Of a stretch of DNA of 64,000 bases, positions 47,444 through 55,430 are shown one piece after another. Origin of the DNA: Vulcanimicrobiota bacterium (lineage in GTDB: Bacteria; Vulcanimicrobiota; Vulcanimicrobiia; Vulcanimicrobiales; Vulcanimicrobiaceae); contig CAWGBN010000008.1 of the NCBI GenBank assembly GCA_963820825.1, positions 162,011 through 226,010 on the forward strand. The letters run 5' to 3'. Positions within the stretch are counted from its first letter, which is position 1. Each line of letters begins with the position of its first letter. Both the position numbers and the translations under genes were made by a program. The notes below the pieces were generated by a model. It made no database searches. It saw only the letters and a program-made list of their open reading frames with translations, and had not been told where the DNA came from.

Positions 47444-47658
47444 TTTGCGACCGCCTTAATCTCTGCAAAGCGAGCGCGTTGCGCGGAGAGCAGCGCCTCG
47501 GTGAAGATCGCAGCTTGCGCCGTCGCCGCAAGCGCAGCGTCGGCGGAGCGGCCGGCGTTCTCGCCCGCATTGGCTCGGGCAACCGCGGCCTGCGCATCGT
47601 TGAGACGCGTCCGGGACGCCAAGAGTGCATCGCGCAGGGTATCACCGACGTCAAACAT
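47440..47658 (-). CDS. small helical protein in the flgB position (FlgB-like assignment tentative)
   Basis: 72 aa, first gene of the operon, ATGA overlap with flgC; lacks a clear rod N-terminal motif. Confidence 0.35.
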   Translation of the reverse strand: MFDVGDTLRDALLASRTRLNDAQAAVARANAGENAGRSADAALAATAQAAIFTEALLSAQRARFAEIKAVAK

Positions 47659-47817
47659 GCGGAGAGTTTAGCAGCGCCGAGTGGCCGCCAGCCGTACCCG
47701 AGATGGACGCCATGTGACGTGAGAGGGCGATGAGGAACGAGTTAGCAAGCACTGATTCTGGGGTAAGAATCCTGTGAAACCGCTAGCGAGCGCCCTTATA
47801 GGCCGGTGCGGCTAGGC

Positions 47818-47823
47818 TATAAT
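47818..47823 (+). promoter_or_regulatory. candidate sigma70-type -10 box (TATAAT) for the YXWGXW gene
   Basis: Perfect TATAAT about 20 nt upstream of GGGAGG-N5-GTG; no good -35 seen. Confidence 0.35.
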
Positions 47824-47844
47824 ACTCTCGGAAAGGGAGGATCA

Positions 47845-48915
47845 GTGAAAACCTTAAGACCGCTCTCCGCAATCATCGCAACCATTCTTATTGCGGCAAT
47901 GCCCTTGGTCGCGTCGGCGCAAGTCAGCATTGGCGTTGGCTTTACCATCGGGAGCGCGCCGCCGCCGCTGCCATACTATTCGCAGCCCGAGGCGCCGTAT
48001 CCGAACTATCAGTGGCAGCCGGGCTACTGGGCCTGGGGCCCGGCCGGATACTACTGGGTGCCCGGCACGTGGGTTGCTCCGCCGACCGTCGGCGTGTTGT
48101 GGACCCCGGGATACTGGGGTTATAACAACGGCTATTACGGCTGGAACAACGGCTACTGGGGCGCGACCGTCGGCTTCTACGGCGGTATCAACTACGGCTA
48201 CGGCTACCCGGGCAGCGGCTTCTACGGCGGCGGCTGGAACGGCGGCAACTTCGCCTACAATACCGCCGTCGCCAACGTCAACCGGACCGTGATCCACAAC
48301 ACCTACAACAAGACCGTCATCAACAAGAACGTCTGCAACAACTGCAAGAACGTCAGCTTCAACGGCGGCAAAGGCGGAACGACCGTTCGTCCGACGTCCG
48401 GGGAGATCCAGGCCCGGAAGAATGGCCGCCCACCGACTACCGCCCAGGTTCAGCAAGCCAAGGTTGCCGCTCAAGATCGCAATCTCTACGCGAACGTCAA
48501 CAAAGGCAAACCGCCGGTGACGGCCGTGCAGAAACCGATTAGCGATCCCAAACAGCTCCCGAAGTTCACGCCGGTGACGACTGCCGATAAGCAGGCTGCT
48601 CAGAAGCAAGTCCATACGGCAAACAATGCCAACAACTCGATGCAGAACAAACCGGCGAACCAGAACCCGAACAAGCCGGCCAATAACACCATGCAGGGCA
48701 AGCCTCCTTCGTCGCAGCAGCATCACAATCAACCGCCGAACAACTCGATGCAGTCGTCGACGCACAAGCCGCCGCAGAACTCGACGAACAAAGGCAACAC
48801 GCATCAAGGCAGCACGCAGAGCAAGCCGCCGCAAGGCCAGAATCAGAACAAGAACGGCCAAGGCAAACCGCCGCAGAACAATAATAACGGCGGAAACAAA
48901 CCGCCTCGCGCTTAG
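47845..48915 (+). CDS. secreted YXWGXW-repeat protein with N/Q/P/K-rich low-complexity tail
   Basis: GTG 47845 preceded by GGGAGG; signal peptide ...MPLVASAQ; repeats GYWAWGPAGYYWVPGTW, GYWGYNNGYYGW; tail rich in NKPxxN and QN. Confidence 0.75.
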   Translation: MKTLRPLSAIIATILIAAMPLVASAQVSIGVGFTIGSAPPPLPYYSQPEAPYPNYQWQPGYWAWGPAGYYWVPGTWVAPPTVGVLWTPGYWGYNNGYYGWNNGYWGATVGFYGGINYGYGYPGSGFYGGGWNGGNFAYNTAVANVNRTVIHNTYNKTVINKNVCNNCKNVSFNGGKGGTTVRPTSGEIQARKNGRPPTTAQVQQAKVAAQDRNLYANVNKGKPPVTAVQKPISDPKQLPKFTPVTTADKQAAQKQVHTANNANNSMQNKPANQNPNKPANNTMQGKPPSSQQHHNQPPNNSMQSSTHKPPQNSTNKGNTHQGSTQSKPPQGQNQNKNGQGKPPQNNNNGGNKPPRA

Positions 48916-48934
48916 GGATCCGATACGTTAAAGC

Positions 48935-48965
48935 GGGGACTCCGAAAAGGAGTTCCCACTTTTTT
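48935..48965 (+). terminator. intrinsic terminator
   Basis: 9-bp stem GGGGACUCC/GGAGUUCCC (one G-U), GAAAA loop, then ACUUUUUU; abuts the stop of the convergent gene. Confidence 0.6.
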
Positions 48966-49974
48966 ATCGCGCGATCGGCAGCCTTTGCGCGTCGAGTGGT
49001 ACACCGAGCATCAACCGCGTGACCTCGTCGTAATTCTCGACGCCGGCCGCAATCCGATTGCTCTTGAGGTAGACGTTATAGGTGCGCCACGTCCAGTGGG
49101 CGAGCATCACGTTGATATGCCGTGCGTCGCGACGGCGCAGGGCGGCGAAATCTTGCCAGACGAGCGGCACGAACTCGCGATGGGCGTATCGTCGCTTCTG
49201 CGGCAGATAGAGAAAGAGCTCGAGCCATCCCGAGTATTGCATGACCGGATCGGGTGAGCGCAGACAGGTGACGATCGCGAGATAGTTCGCTTCGTCTTCG
49301 CGGGCGTACGCGGCGTCGTGGCTCCACTCGTGCGCGAGATCGAACGGGCGCTCGAACCAGAGGAGGTCCGAGGCGAGCGCGACGTTGAGGGTGAGCGGAT
49401 TGATGAATCCGCTCGTGCCCGTCGCGAGCATGAAGGGATTCGCGACCGTCGGCTTCGGCTCGCCGACCGAGGGCGTCCAGTCGTCGCCGGCGCGCCGCAC
49501 CGCGGGCAGCCACGCCGTAAAGAGCGCATCGCGGTCGAGCGGCATCGTCGCGCGCGCGTGCGCCGCGGCGGCGAGCTGGTTCATCTCTGAGATCGCCTGC
49601 GCACGCAGCGCCGTTGCCTTGCCCGGCGTCACGGCAGCGGCGTCGAACTCGACGCGCGCTTCAAGCGGCGCGCGCGCGTAGTTCCAACCCCAGCTCAGTT
49701 CGAACCAAATTGCGTAGAGTCCAAGTATCGCGGCGCAGTCGAGGAGCAGCATTCCGAAATCGCGCGAACGCTTCGTGCGACCGCGTGCGAAGATCGCGAT
49801 CCGCCAAGCGATCGCCGCGATGCCGGCGAGACCGGCGACGTCGCCGAGCGACCATGGCAACGGATGCGTGATCGTGAAGGCGAGGTGCTCCCAACCCGGA
49901 TAGGCCCCGTTGACGTATGCCCGCTCGATCCATCCGGCCGAGGGTTGCCAAAGCAAAGCGACCGCGCCAAGCAC
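48964..49974 (-). CDS. DUF3810-like membrane-associated putative zinc hydrolase
   Basis: N-terminal TM segments and HEWSH metal motif (LAHEWSHDAAYAREDEANY). Confidence 0.6.
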   Translation of the reverse strand: MLGAVALLWQPSAGWIERAYVNGAYPGWEHLAFTITHPLPWSLGDVAGLAGIAAIAWRIAIFARGRTKRSRDFGMLLLDCAAILGLYAIWFELSWGWNYARAPLEARVEFDAAAVTPGKATALRAQAISEMNQLAAAAHARATMPLDRDALFTAWLPAVRRAGDDWTPSVGEPKPTVANPFMLATGTSGFINPLTLNVALASDLLWFERPFDLAHEWSHDAAYAREDEANYLAIVTCLRSPDPVMQYSGWLELFLYLPQKRRYAHREFVPLVWQDFAALRRRDARHINVMLAHWTWRTYNVYLKSNRIAAGVENYDEVTRLMLGVPLDAQRLPIAR

Positions 49975-50000
49975 GATCGCGAGAACTTTCGGGAGCGTCT

Positions 50001-50399
50001 TTAGCGTTTGCTGTACTGGAATCGCTTGCGGGCGCGCTTGCGGCCGTACTTCTTCGATTCCTTTTCGCGCGGATCGCGCGTGAGGAAACCGTTCTTGCGC
50101 AGCGTCTCCTTGAGCGACTCGTCGACCGCCAGCAACGCGCGAGCGATGCCGTGGCGAACCGCACCGGCCTGACCGGTGACGCCGCCGCCTTCCGCTTTTA
50201 CCCGGACGTCGAAGCGCGAGATGCTCTGCGTCGCCTCGAGCGGCTGACGCACGATCTGCAGGAGCTGAGGACGCGGAAAGTATTCTTCGACCGGCTTACC
50301 GTTCACGATGATGACGCCCTGACCGAGCGAGAGCTTCACTCGCGCGACCGCACGCTTTCTGCGTCCGGTCGATTGCACGACGTCGATCGATTCGTCCAA
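50001..50399 (-). CDS. rpsI: 30S ribosomal protein S9
   Basis: GRRKRAVARV, GGG.TGQAGA.RHGI.RAL, C-terminal KRFQYSKR. Confidence 0.95.
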   Translation of the reverse strand: MDESIDVVQSTGRRKRAVARVKLSLGQGVIIVNGKPVEEYFPRPQLLQIVRQPLEATQSISRFDVRVKAEGGGVTGQAGAVRHGIARALLAVDESLKETLRKNGFLTRDPREKESKKYGRKRARKRFQYSKR

Positions 50400-50407
50400 A
50401 GCGGCTC

Positions 50408-50848
50408 CTACGATACCGACGAGAGCGGCGCCGGGTTCTGCGCCTCGTGTGGATGAGTTCCGTCCGCGTAAACGTTCAAACGTCGAAGCTGCACGTCGCG
50501 CATGCGATTGGTCGGGAGCATTCCGCGCACGGCCTTCTCGATGAGACGCTCGGGGTATTTATCGGCGATTTCGCGCGCGGTCTGAACCTTCAGGCCACCG
50601 GGGTAGTTGCTGTGACGGTAGTACAGCTTCTGATTCCATTTCTTGCCGCCCAGCTCGACCTTCGCCGCGTTCACGACGATGACGTGATCGCCGTCGTCGA
50701 TGTGGGGCGTCCAGGTCGGTTTGTGCTTACCGGAGAGCGCGCGCGCAATGCGAACCGCAAGCGTTCCAAGACGCTCGCCGGCGGCATCGACGATATACCA
50801 TCGATGCGCGGTCTCAGCACTCTTCTGCTGGTAGGTGCGCACAACCAA
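50408..50848 (-). CDS. rplM: 50S ribosomal protein L13
   Basis: WYIVDA.G..LGTLA..IA..L.GKHKP..TPH.D.GD.VIVVNA. Confidence 0.95.
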   Translation of the reverse strand: MVVRTYQQKSAETAHRWYIVDAAGERLGTLAVRIARALSGKHKPTWTPHIDDGDHVIVVNAAKVELGGKKWNQKLYYRHSNYPGGLKVQTAREIADKYPERLIEKAVRGMLPTNRMRDVQLRRLNVYADGTHPHEAQNPAPLSSVS

Positions 50849-50903
50849 CGTATCCTACGGGAAAGGACGGTGCGGCGTCAAGCGGACGGGACGCACCGCA
50901 AGG

Positions 50904-51779
50904 CTACCGGCACAGGATCGGGGGCTCGGCAAAGGAGTCGTATCCGCCGGCGTAGCGGACGCCCGCTAAGTAGAGGCCGTGCGCGGGCGCCGTCGGGCCG
51001 GCCGCCTCACGGCTGCGGGCGGCCAGCACCGCGGCCAGGCCCGCTGGATCCCGGCGGCCGGTCCCGCACTCGAGCAGCGTTCCGGCGATCGTCCGCACCA
51101 TGTGATGGAGAAAGCCGTCGGCGGCCGCCTCGAGGCGCACGAGCTCGCCGCGCGGCTCGATCTCGAGCCGCCGCAGGCAACGGACCGTGCGCTCGTCTGG
51201 GCGGGCTGCCGCGAACGAGCGGAAATCTCGCTCGCCGACGAGGTGAGCAGCCCCAGCCCGCATCGCCTCGAGATCGAGCGGAGGGGGAACGTGCGCGGCG
51301 TAGCGCGCGAGCAGGGCGTTGCGCTCTCTCCGGTTGAGAACGGCGTAGACGTAGGTACGCTCGCGAGCGGAGAAGCGCGCCGAGAAACCGGTCTCGACGA
51401 TTTCGCTCTCGCGGACTGAAAGATCCGGCGGCAGTATCCCGCGCAGGGCGACGAGCAGGCGGTCGAACGGAAAGCCGGACCCGGTCGCGAGGGAGACGAC
51501 CTGTCCGGTGGCATGAACGCCGCTGTCGGTGCGTCCGGCTCCGGTGATCTTAACGGGCTCCTCGAAGAGCCGCGAGAGAGCGCCCTCCAAGACGCCGGCG
51601 ACCGTCCGGACCTCGGGCTGCCACTGAAAGCCGCAGAAATCGGCGCCGTCGTACTCGACGGTGAGCCGAAGGGTCGTCAGAGCTCGGCCCGGCGCAGCTC
51701 CGCCGCCGCTGCGGCGTAGTCGCGCCGGAACGCGGCGTCGCTCATCATGACGTAGGCGGCGAGCGTCCCGGCCGTCCAA
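50904..51779 (-). CDS. truA: tRNA pseudouridine(38-40) synthase TruA (start uncertain)
   Basis: LRLTVEYDGADFCGFQWQ, AGRTDSGVHATGQV catalytic Asp motif; the only canonical start (TTG 51779) overlaps the upstream gene by about 100 nt. Confidence 0.85.
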   Translation of the reverse strand: MDGRDARRLRHDERRRVPARLRRSGGGAAPGRALTTLRLTVEYDGADFCGFQWQPEVRTVAGVLEGALSRLFEEPVKITGAGRTDSGVHATGQVVSLATGSGFPFDRLLVALRGILPPDLSVRESEIVETGFSARFSARERTYVYAVLNRRERNALLARYAAHVPPPLDLEAMRAGAAHLVGERDFRSFAAARPDERTVRCLRRLEIEPRGELVRLEAAADGFLHHMVRTIAGTLLECGTGRRDPAGLAAVLAARSREAAGPTAPAHGLYLAGVRYAGGYDSFAEPPILCR

Positions 51780-52345
51780 CCCGAGGCGACGTCGCTGGGA
51801 TAGTGGACTCCCAAGATGATGCGGTTCTCGGCGAAGGTCCGCGCTTGTGTAAAGATCGCGTCACGTTTACCGGGCAAGAGCTGCGCGAGCACGATCGCGC
51901 TCGCAGCCGCGAAGGCCGCGTGCCCGCTGGGGTAGGAACCGCGCCGCTTCTGCGCGCCGTCGGGACGTGGGCGCGCCCAGTACGACTTAGCTCCGTCGAT
52001 GAGCTCCTTCACGTCCGAGCCGATCCGCGCGAAGAATGCCGCCGTTACCGGCAGCCGCTCCGCGGTAAACCCCGGTCCGGCCGAGGGCTCGTAAAAGAAG
52101 ACGGTCCGCACCGAGGCATCTTCGGCTTGAAGGAGCTGCGTGCGGCTGCGCGCGGCGACGGCGGCAGCGACTTGCTGCTCGTCGGCGAGCGCCTGCGCCG
52201 AGGCGACGTCCGGCGGCGGCGGCAGCAAGTGCGTCAGATCGAGCTGCGACGGATTCAAGTAGTAGAAATGCTGTTCGGCCGGCGCGCTCATCGGAACCAC
52301 GAGCGCGGCGAGAACGAGCAGCAGCGCGATCGCGCGAAGGTTCAT
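51677..52345 (-). CDS. PAP2 family (class A acid phosphatase-like) secreted phosphatase
   Basis: Start ATG 52345 with signal peptide; KSYWARPRP, PSGHA, NRIILGVHYPSD tripartite motif. Confidence 0.8.
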   Translation of the reverse strand: MNLRAIALLLVLAALVVPMSAPAEQHFYYLNPSQLDLTHLLPPPPDVASAQALADEQQVAAAVAARSRTQLLQAEDASVRTVFFYEPSAGPGFTAERLPVTAAFFARIGSDVKELIDGAKSYWARPRPDGAQKRRGSYPSGHAAFAAASAIVLAQLLPGKRDAIFTQARTFAENRIILGVHYPSDVASGWTAGTLAAYVMMSDAAFRRDYAAAAAELRRAEL

Positions 52346-52352
52346 GGCCCGC

Positions 52353-53849
52353 TCAGCCGTGCTGGCGTTGGAGCGGAAAGAGCGTGACGTCGCGGATCGA
52401 TCGCTCTCCGGTAAGCAGCATGATGAGCCGGTCGACGCCGATCCCGATTCCGGCAGTCGGCGGCATGCCGTATTCGAGCGCGCGAACGTAATCCCAATCG
52501 GGTTCGGGAATCTCCTCATTTCCTTCGGCTCGCTCGGCGACTTGCGCGGCAAAACGCAAGCGCTGGTCGTCGGGATCGTTGAGCTCGGTGAAGGCGTTTG
52601 AGATCTCCATATGCGCGCAGAAGAGCTCGTAGCGATCGACGATGGCATCGTCGCCGGCGCGGCGTTTCGCGAGCGGCGAGATCACCACCGGATAGCCGGT
52701 CACGAAGGTCGGAGCGATCAAGTTCGGCTCGACGACCCGTTCGAAGATCTTGTCGAGAGCGTGCCCGTGCGAGGGCGAGGGCGGCACGCCGAGTTCCTCG
52801 AGGATGATCTGCGCGTCGTACGGATCGAGGAGGCGTTGGCGCGTGTACTTCCCGTCGCTGAAGCGCGCCATCGCCTCGAGGTACTCGACTCGGGCGAAGG
52901 GGCGCGCGAAAGAGATCGTCACCTCGCCAAACGGCAGATCGGTACCGCCATCGGTCGCAATCGAGACGAGATGCGCGATCAGCGCTTCGTTGAACTCCAT
53001 CATGTCCGAAACGTCCCAGTAGGCCGCGTAGAGCTCGAGCATCGTGAACTCCGGGCTGTGGGTCGTATCGATGCCCTCGTTGCGAAAGATCCGGCCGATC
53101 TCGTAGACGCGCTCGAGCCCGCCGACGATCAACCGCTTCAGGTTCAGCTCCGTCGCTATACGCAGCTGCATGAGTTGATCGAGCGCGTTGCACTCGGTGA
53201 CGAACGGGCGCGCCGCGGCGCCGCCGGCAACGTGCAGCAGCGTCGGCGTCTCGACCTCGAAGAAGCCGTGCCCGTCGATGAACCGGCGCATCTCGGCAAT
53301 CAGGCGGCTGCGCATGATCATCGTGTCGCGGACCTCGGGATTGACGATGAGATCCACGTATCGCTGGCGATAGCGCTTCTCGACATCCTGCAAGCCGTGC
53401 CACTTATCGGGCAGCGGCATGAGCGCTTTGCCCAGGACCGAGAAGGCGGTGACGTGCAGCGTCAGCTCGCCCATCTTAGAGCGGAACATATAGCCGCGCA
53501 CGCCGACGAGGTCGCCGCGATCGAGATCGCTCCAGTTGACGAAGGCCTCGTCACCCACTTCTTCTCTGCGCAGGTAGATCTGGAGCTTGCCGGTGCGGTC
53601 GGCGAGATCGGCAAAGCTCGTCTTGCCCATCCTCCGCTTCGAGAGGATCCGCCCAGCCAGACTCCATCCTTCGGCGCTCGCGTCTTGGCCGGGCACCAGA
53701 AACCCGTAACGCTCCAGCAGCTCGCCGGCGGTCGCGTCCACGTCGAAACGCCGCGCCGCAAACGGATCGCTTCCCCGCGAACGCAAAGCGGCCAGATTCT
53801 CACGTCTGGCCGCCACGAGTGCCGCTTCGGTCTTGCCGAGTTCTTCCAA
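52353..53849 (-). CDS. lysS: lysine--tRNA ligase (class II)
   Basis: 498 aa; OB anticodon-binding domain, class II motifs (FRNEG, ELSNAFTELNDP, GIGIGVDRL). Confidence 0.95.
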   Translation of the reverse strand: MEELGKTEAALVAARRENLAALRSRGSDPFAARRFDVDATAGELLERYGFLVPGQDASAEGWSLAGRILSKRRMGKTSFADLADRTGKLQIYLRREEVGDEAFVNWSDLDRGDLVGVRGYMFRSKMGELTLHVTAFSVLGKALMPLPDKWHGLQDVEKRYRQRYVDLIVNPEVRDTMIMRSRLIAEMRRFIDGHGFFEVETPTLLHVAGGAAARPFVTECNALDQLMQLRIATELNLKRLIVGGLERVYEIGRIFRNEGIDTTHSPEFTMLELYAAYWDVSDMMEFNEALIAHLVSIATDGGTDLPFGEVTISFARPFARVEYLEAMARFSDGKYTRQRLLDPYDAQIILEELGVPPSPSHGHALDKIFERVVEPNLIAPTFVTGYPVVISPLAKRRAGDDAIVDRYELFCAHMEISNAFTELNDPDDQRLRFAAQVAERAEGNEEIPEPDWDYVRALEYGMPPTAGIGIGVDRLIMLLTGERSIRDVTLFPLQRQHG

Positions 53850-53869
53850 AATTGAATCTCTTTGCGGCC

Positions 53870-54379
53870 TCAGGAGGCCTTCTTTGCGGCCTTCTTCGGT
53901 GAGTTGCTCTTGATCGACTCGATCTTATACTTCACGAGCCCGCGCGGCGTCGCGACGTCGACCGTCGTACCTTTCTTATGCCCCATCAGCGCGCTGCCGA
54001 GCGGCGACTCGTTCGAGATGCGCCGGTTCGGCGGATCGGCTTCGGCAGATCCAACGATCGAGAACTCGTACGTCTCGTTATTCTTGAGGTCTTTGACCTT
54101 GACGACGGCGCCTAGATGCACTTCATCGGCTGCGTACTCGAATTCGTCGATCAGCCGCGCGTTGCGGATCATCGCCTCGAGCTTGAGAATCCGACCTTCG
54201 ATGAAGGCCTGTTCCTGCTTGGCGTCTTCGTACTCCGCGTTTTCGCTCAGGTCGCCATACTCTTTGGCCTGGCGAATGCGGTCGTTGACCTCGCGCCGAT
54301 GGACGCTCTTAAGCTCGTCGAGCTCCTGCTCCAACTTCGCCAGACCCTCCGCGGTCAGTACGATCTCTTTTTCGTTCAA
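53870..54379 (-). CDS. greA: transcription elongation factor GreA
   Basis: LT.EG..KL..EL..L, DLSENAEY acidic tip, C-terminal globular domain plus short Lys-rich tail. Confidence 0.9.
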   Translation of the reverse strand: MNEKEIVLTAEGLAKLEQELDELKSVHRREVNDRIRQAKEYGDLSENAEYEDAKQEQAFIEGRILKLEAMIRNARLIDEFEYAADEVHLGAVVKVKDLKNNETYEFSIVGSAEADPPNRRISNESPLGSALMGHKKGTTVDVATPRGLVKYKIESIKSNSPKKAAKKAS

Positions 54380-54524
54380 CGATTAGGTCCTCACGGGTCG
54401 CTCACGAGGAGAAACCCCAAAGCATTTTCATGGCGCTCTCCAACGCTGGCGCGGGTTGTTCTGAAGGGGCGGCTCCAAGGCCTTCTCCCCCGCCCGGACG
54501 CCCGAAGGTATACCCAGGCCGGCG

Positions 54525-55430
54525 CTACGGGAATCGGATAACCCGCGGTTTGAGCTCCAGTTCGCGCAGCAGACGCTCGTAGTCGGCCGGCTCGACGTCT
54601 TTCCACGCCTTGCCGAGCAACGCCAAGAGCGCGGCCTCCAAAACGTTGGTCCCGAACGATCGCCCCGCAATCTCCGGCGTGGTGGTGATAAGCAGTTTGA
54701 CGCCGCGGGCCGCCAGCTCGTCGAGATTCCCCTGAGTCACCGTGTTGGTCAAAACGATCTTGCCGTCGAGCCGGTCGGGCATGAACTGGCGCATGAAGTG
54801 AAAGTCGCCGGCGATGATTTCGGCCCGCTCGTAGTATTGCGGATACTTCGGCTCGGGCGGCTTCTCTTGTTTCTTCCCGGTCGGATAGAAGAACTGAAAC
54901 GGCAGCTTGCAGGCATCGGGAAGATACTTCTCGGCCATCGTTTCGAACTCGTGGAGGTCGCGAACCGGCATATCCTTGTCGAGTGCGAAGATAAAATCGC
55001 CGAAGAGCACGTCGGCGCCGGCATCGACGAAGGCTTGCGCCATCCCGAAGCGATCGAGCGCGCTGACCATCAGCACGTGCCGGCCGCGCAGGTCGATCCC
55101 GAGCTGCTCCTGCATGAAGGCGACCGCCTTTCGCTCGAGCGTGTTCTTCAAGCCGCTGCCGTCTACGACCGGCGTGATCTTGGCGGCCTCGAGCAGGCGG
55201 AGTCCATCTCGCAGCGCGTAACGGTGGCGTCCGGCGTAAAGGTAGACGTCGATGCCGCCGAGTCCGATCGCGTCGACTTTGCCGTCGAGCTCGCGCACTT
55301 TCGCAATGGCCGCATCGAGTTTGCCGTCCATGCCGATTCGCGCGATGTCGAACTCCTCGCCCAAGAAGGTCACCCGTGCTTGGTGATCGCGGCTGCTCGA
55401 ACCGAGCGATACCGAGACGACGCGCTTCAT
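54525..55430 (-). CDS. conserved hypothetical protein (family I recall being annotated as quinate 5-dehydrogenase-like)
   Basis: Start ATG 55430 (MKRVVSVSLGSSSRDH...GLGGIDVYLY); ATGA-type overlap with the upstream gene. Confidence 0.55.
   Translation of the reverse strand: MKRVVSVSLGSSSRDHQARVTFLGEEFDIARIGMDGKLDAAIAKVRELDGKVDAIGLGGIDVYLYAGRHRYALRDGLRLLEAAKITPVVDGSGLKNTLERKAVAFMQEQLGIDLRGRHVLMVSALDRFGMAQAFVDAGADVLFGDFIFALDKDMPVRDLHEFETMAEKYLPDACKLPFQFFYPTGKKQEKPPEPKYPQYYERAEIIAGDFHFMRQFMPDRLDGKIVLTNTVTQGNLDELAARGVKLLITTTPEIAGRSFGTNVLEAALLALLGKAWKDVEPADYERLLRELELKPRVIRFP

Larger units (their letters stand above)
35856..47658 (-). other. reduced flagellar-type type III secretion / basal-body gene cluster (16 genes, one apparent operon)
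   Basis: Co-directional genes, seven 4-nt ATGA/GTGA start-stop overlaps, gene order collinear with the Bacillus-type fla operon. Confidence 0.85.

Noticed and set aside
35856-47658. Reading the cluster as a non-flagellar injectisome (Sct) system
   Set aside because: FlgC, FliE, a hook/rod-family protein and a single FliF-type MS-ring protein are present, and the gene order is collinear with fla operons. No secretin (SctC), SctD, needle (SctF), translocon or effector/chaperone-like genes are present.
47659-47760. Sigma54-like (TGGCGG-N5-CGGC) and sigma28-like (CTAAA) strings upstream of the first operon gene
   Set aside because: Only the GG/GC dinucleotides fit the -24/-12 consensus, and the sigma28 half-site has no partner. 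This is too weak to call a promoter without data.
48600-48900. Possible DNA tandem repeat or contingency locus in the N/Q/P/K-rich tail
   Set aside because: The repetition is degenerate and visible at the peptide level (NKP.., QN.., KPP). I could not find exact DNA repeat units by eye. It is treated as low-complexity coding sequence.
50849-50903. Hairpin GGUGCG-N17-CGCACC upstream of rplM as an L13 leader element
   Set aside because: It is a single GC-rich hairpin with no remembered consensus to compare against. It could equally be the truA terminator region. Noted but not called.
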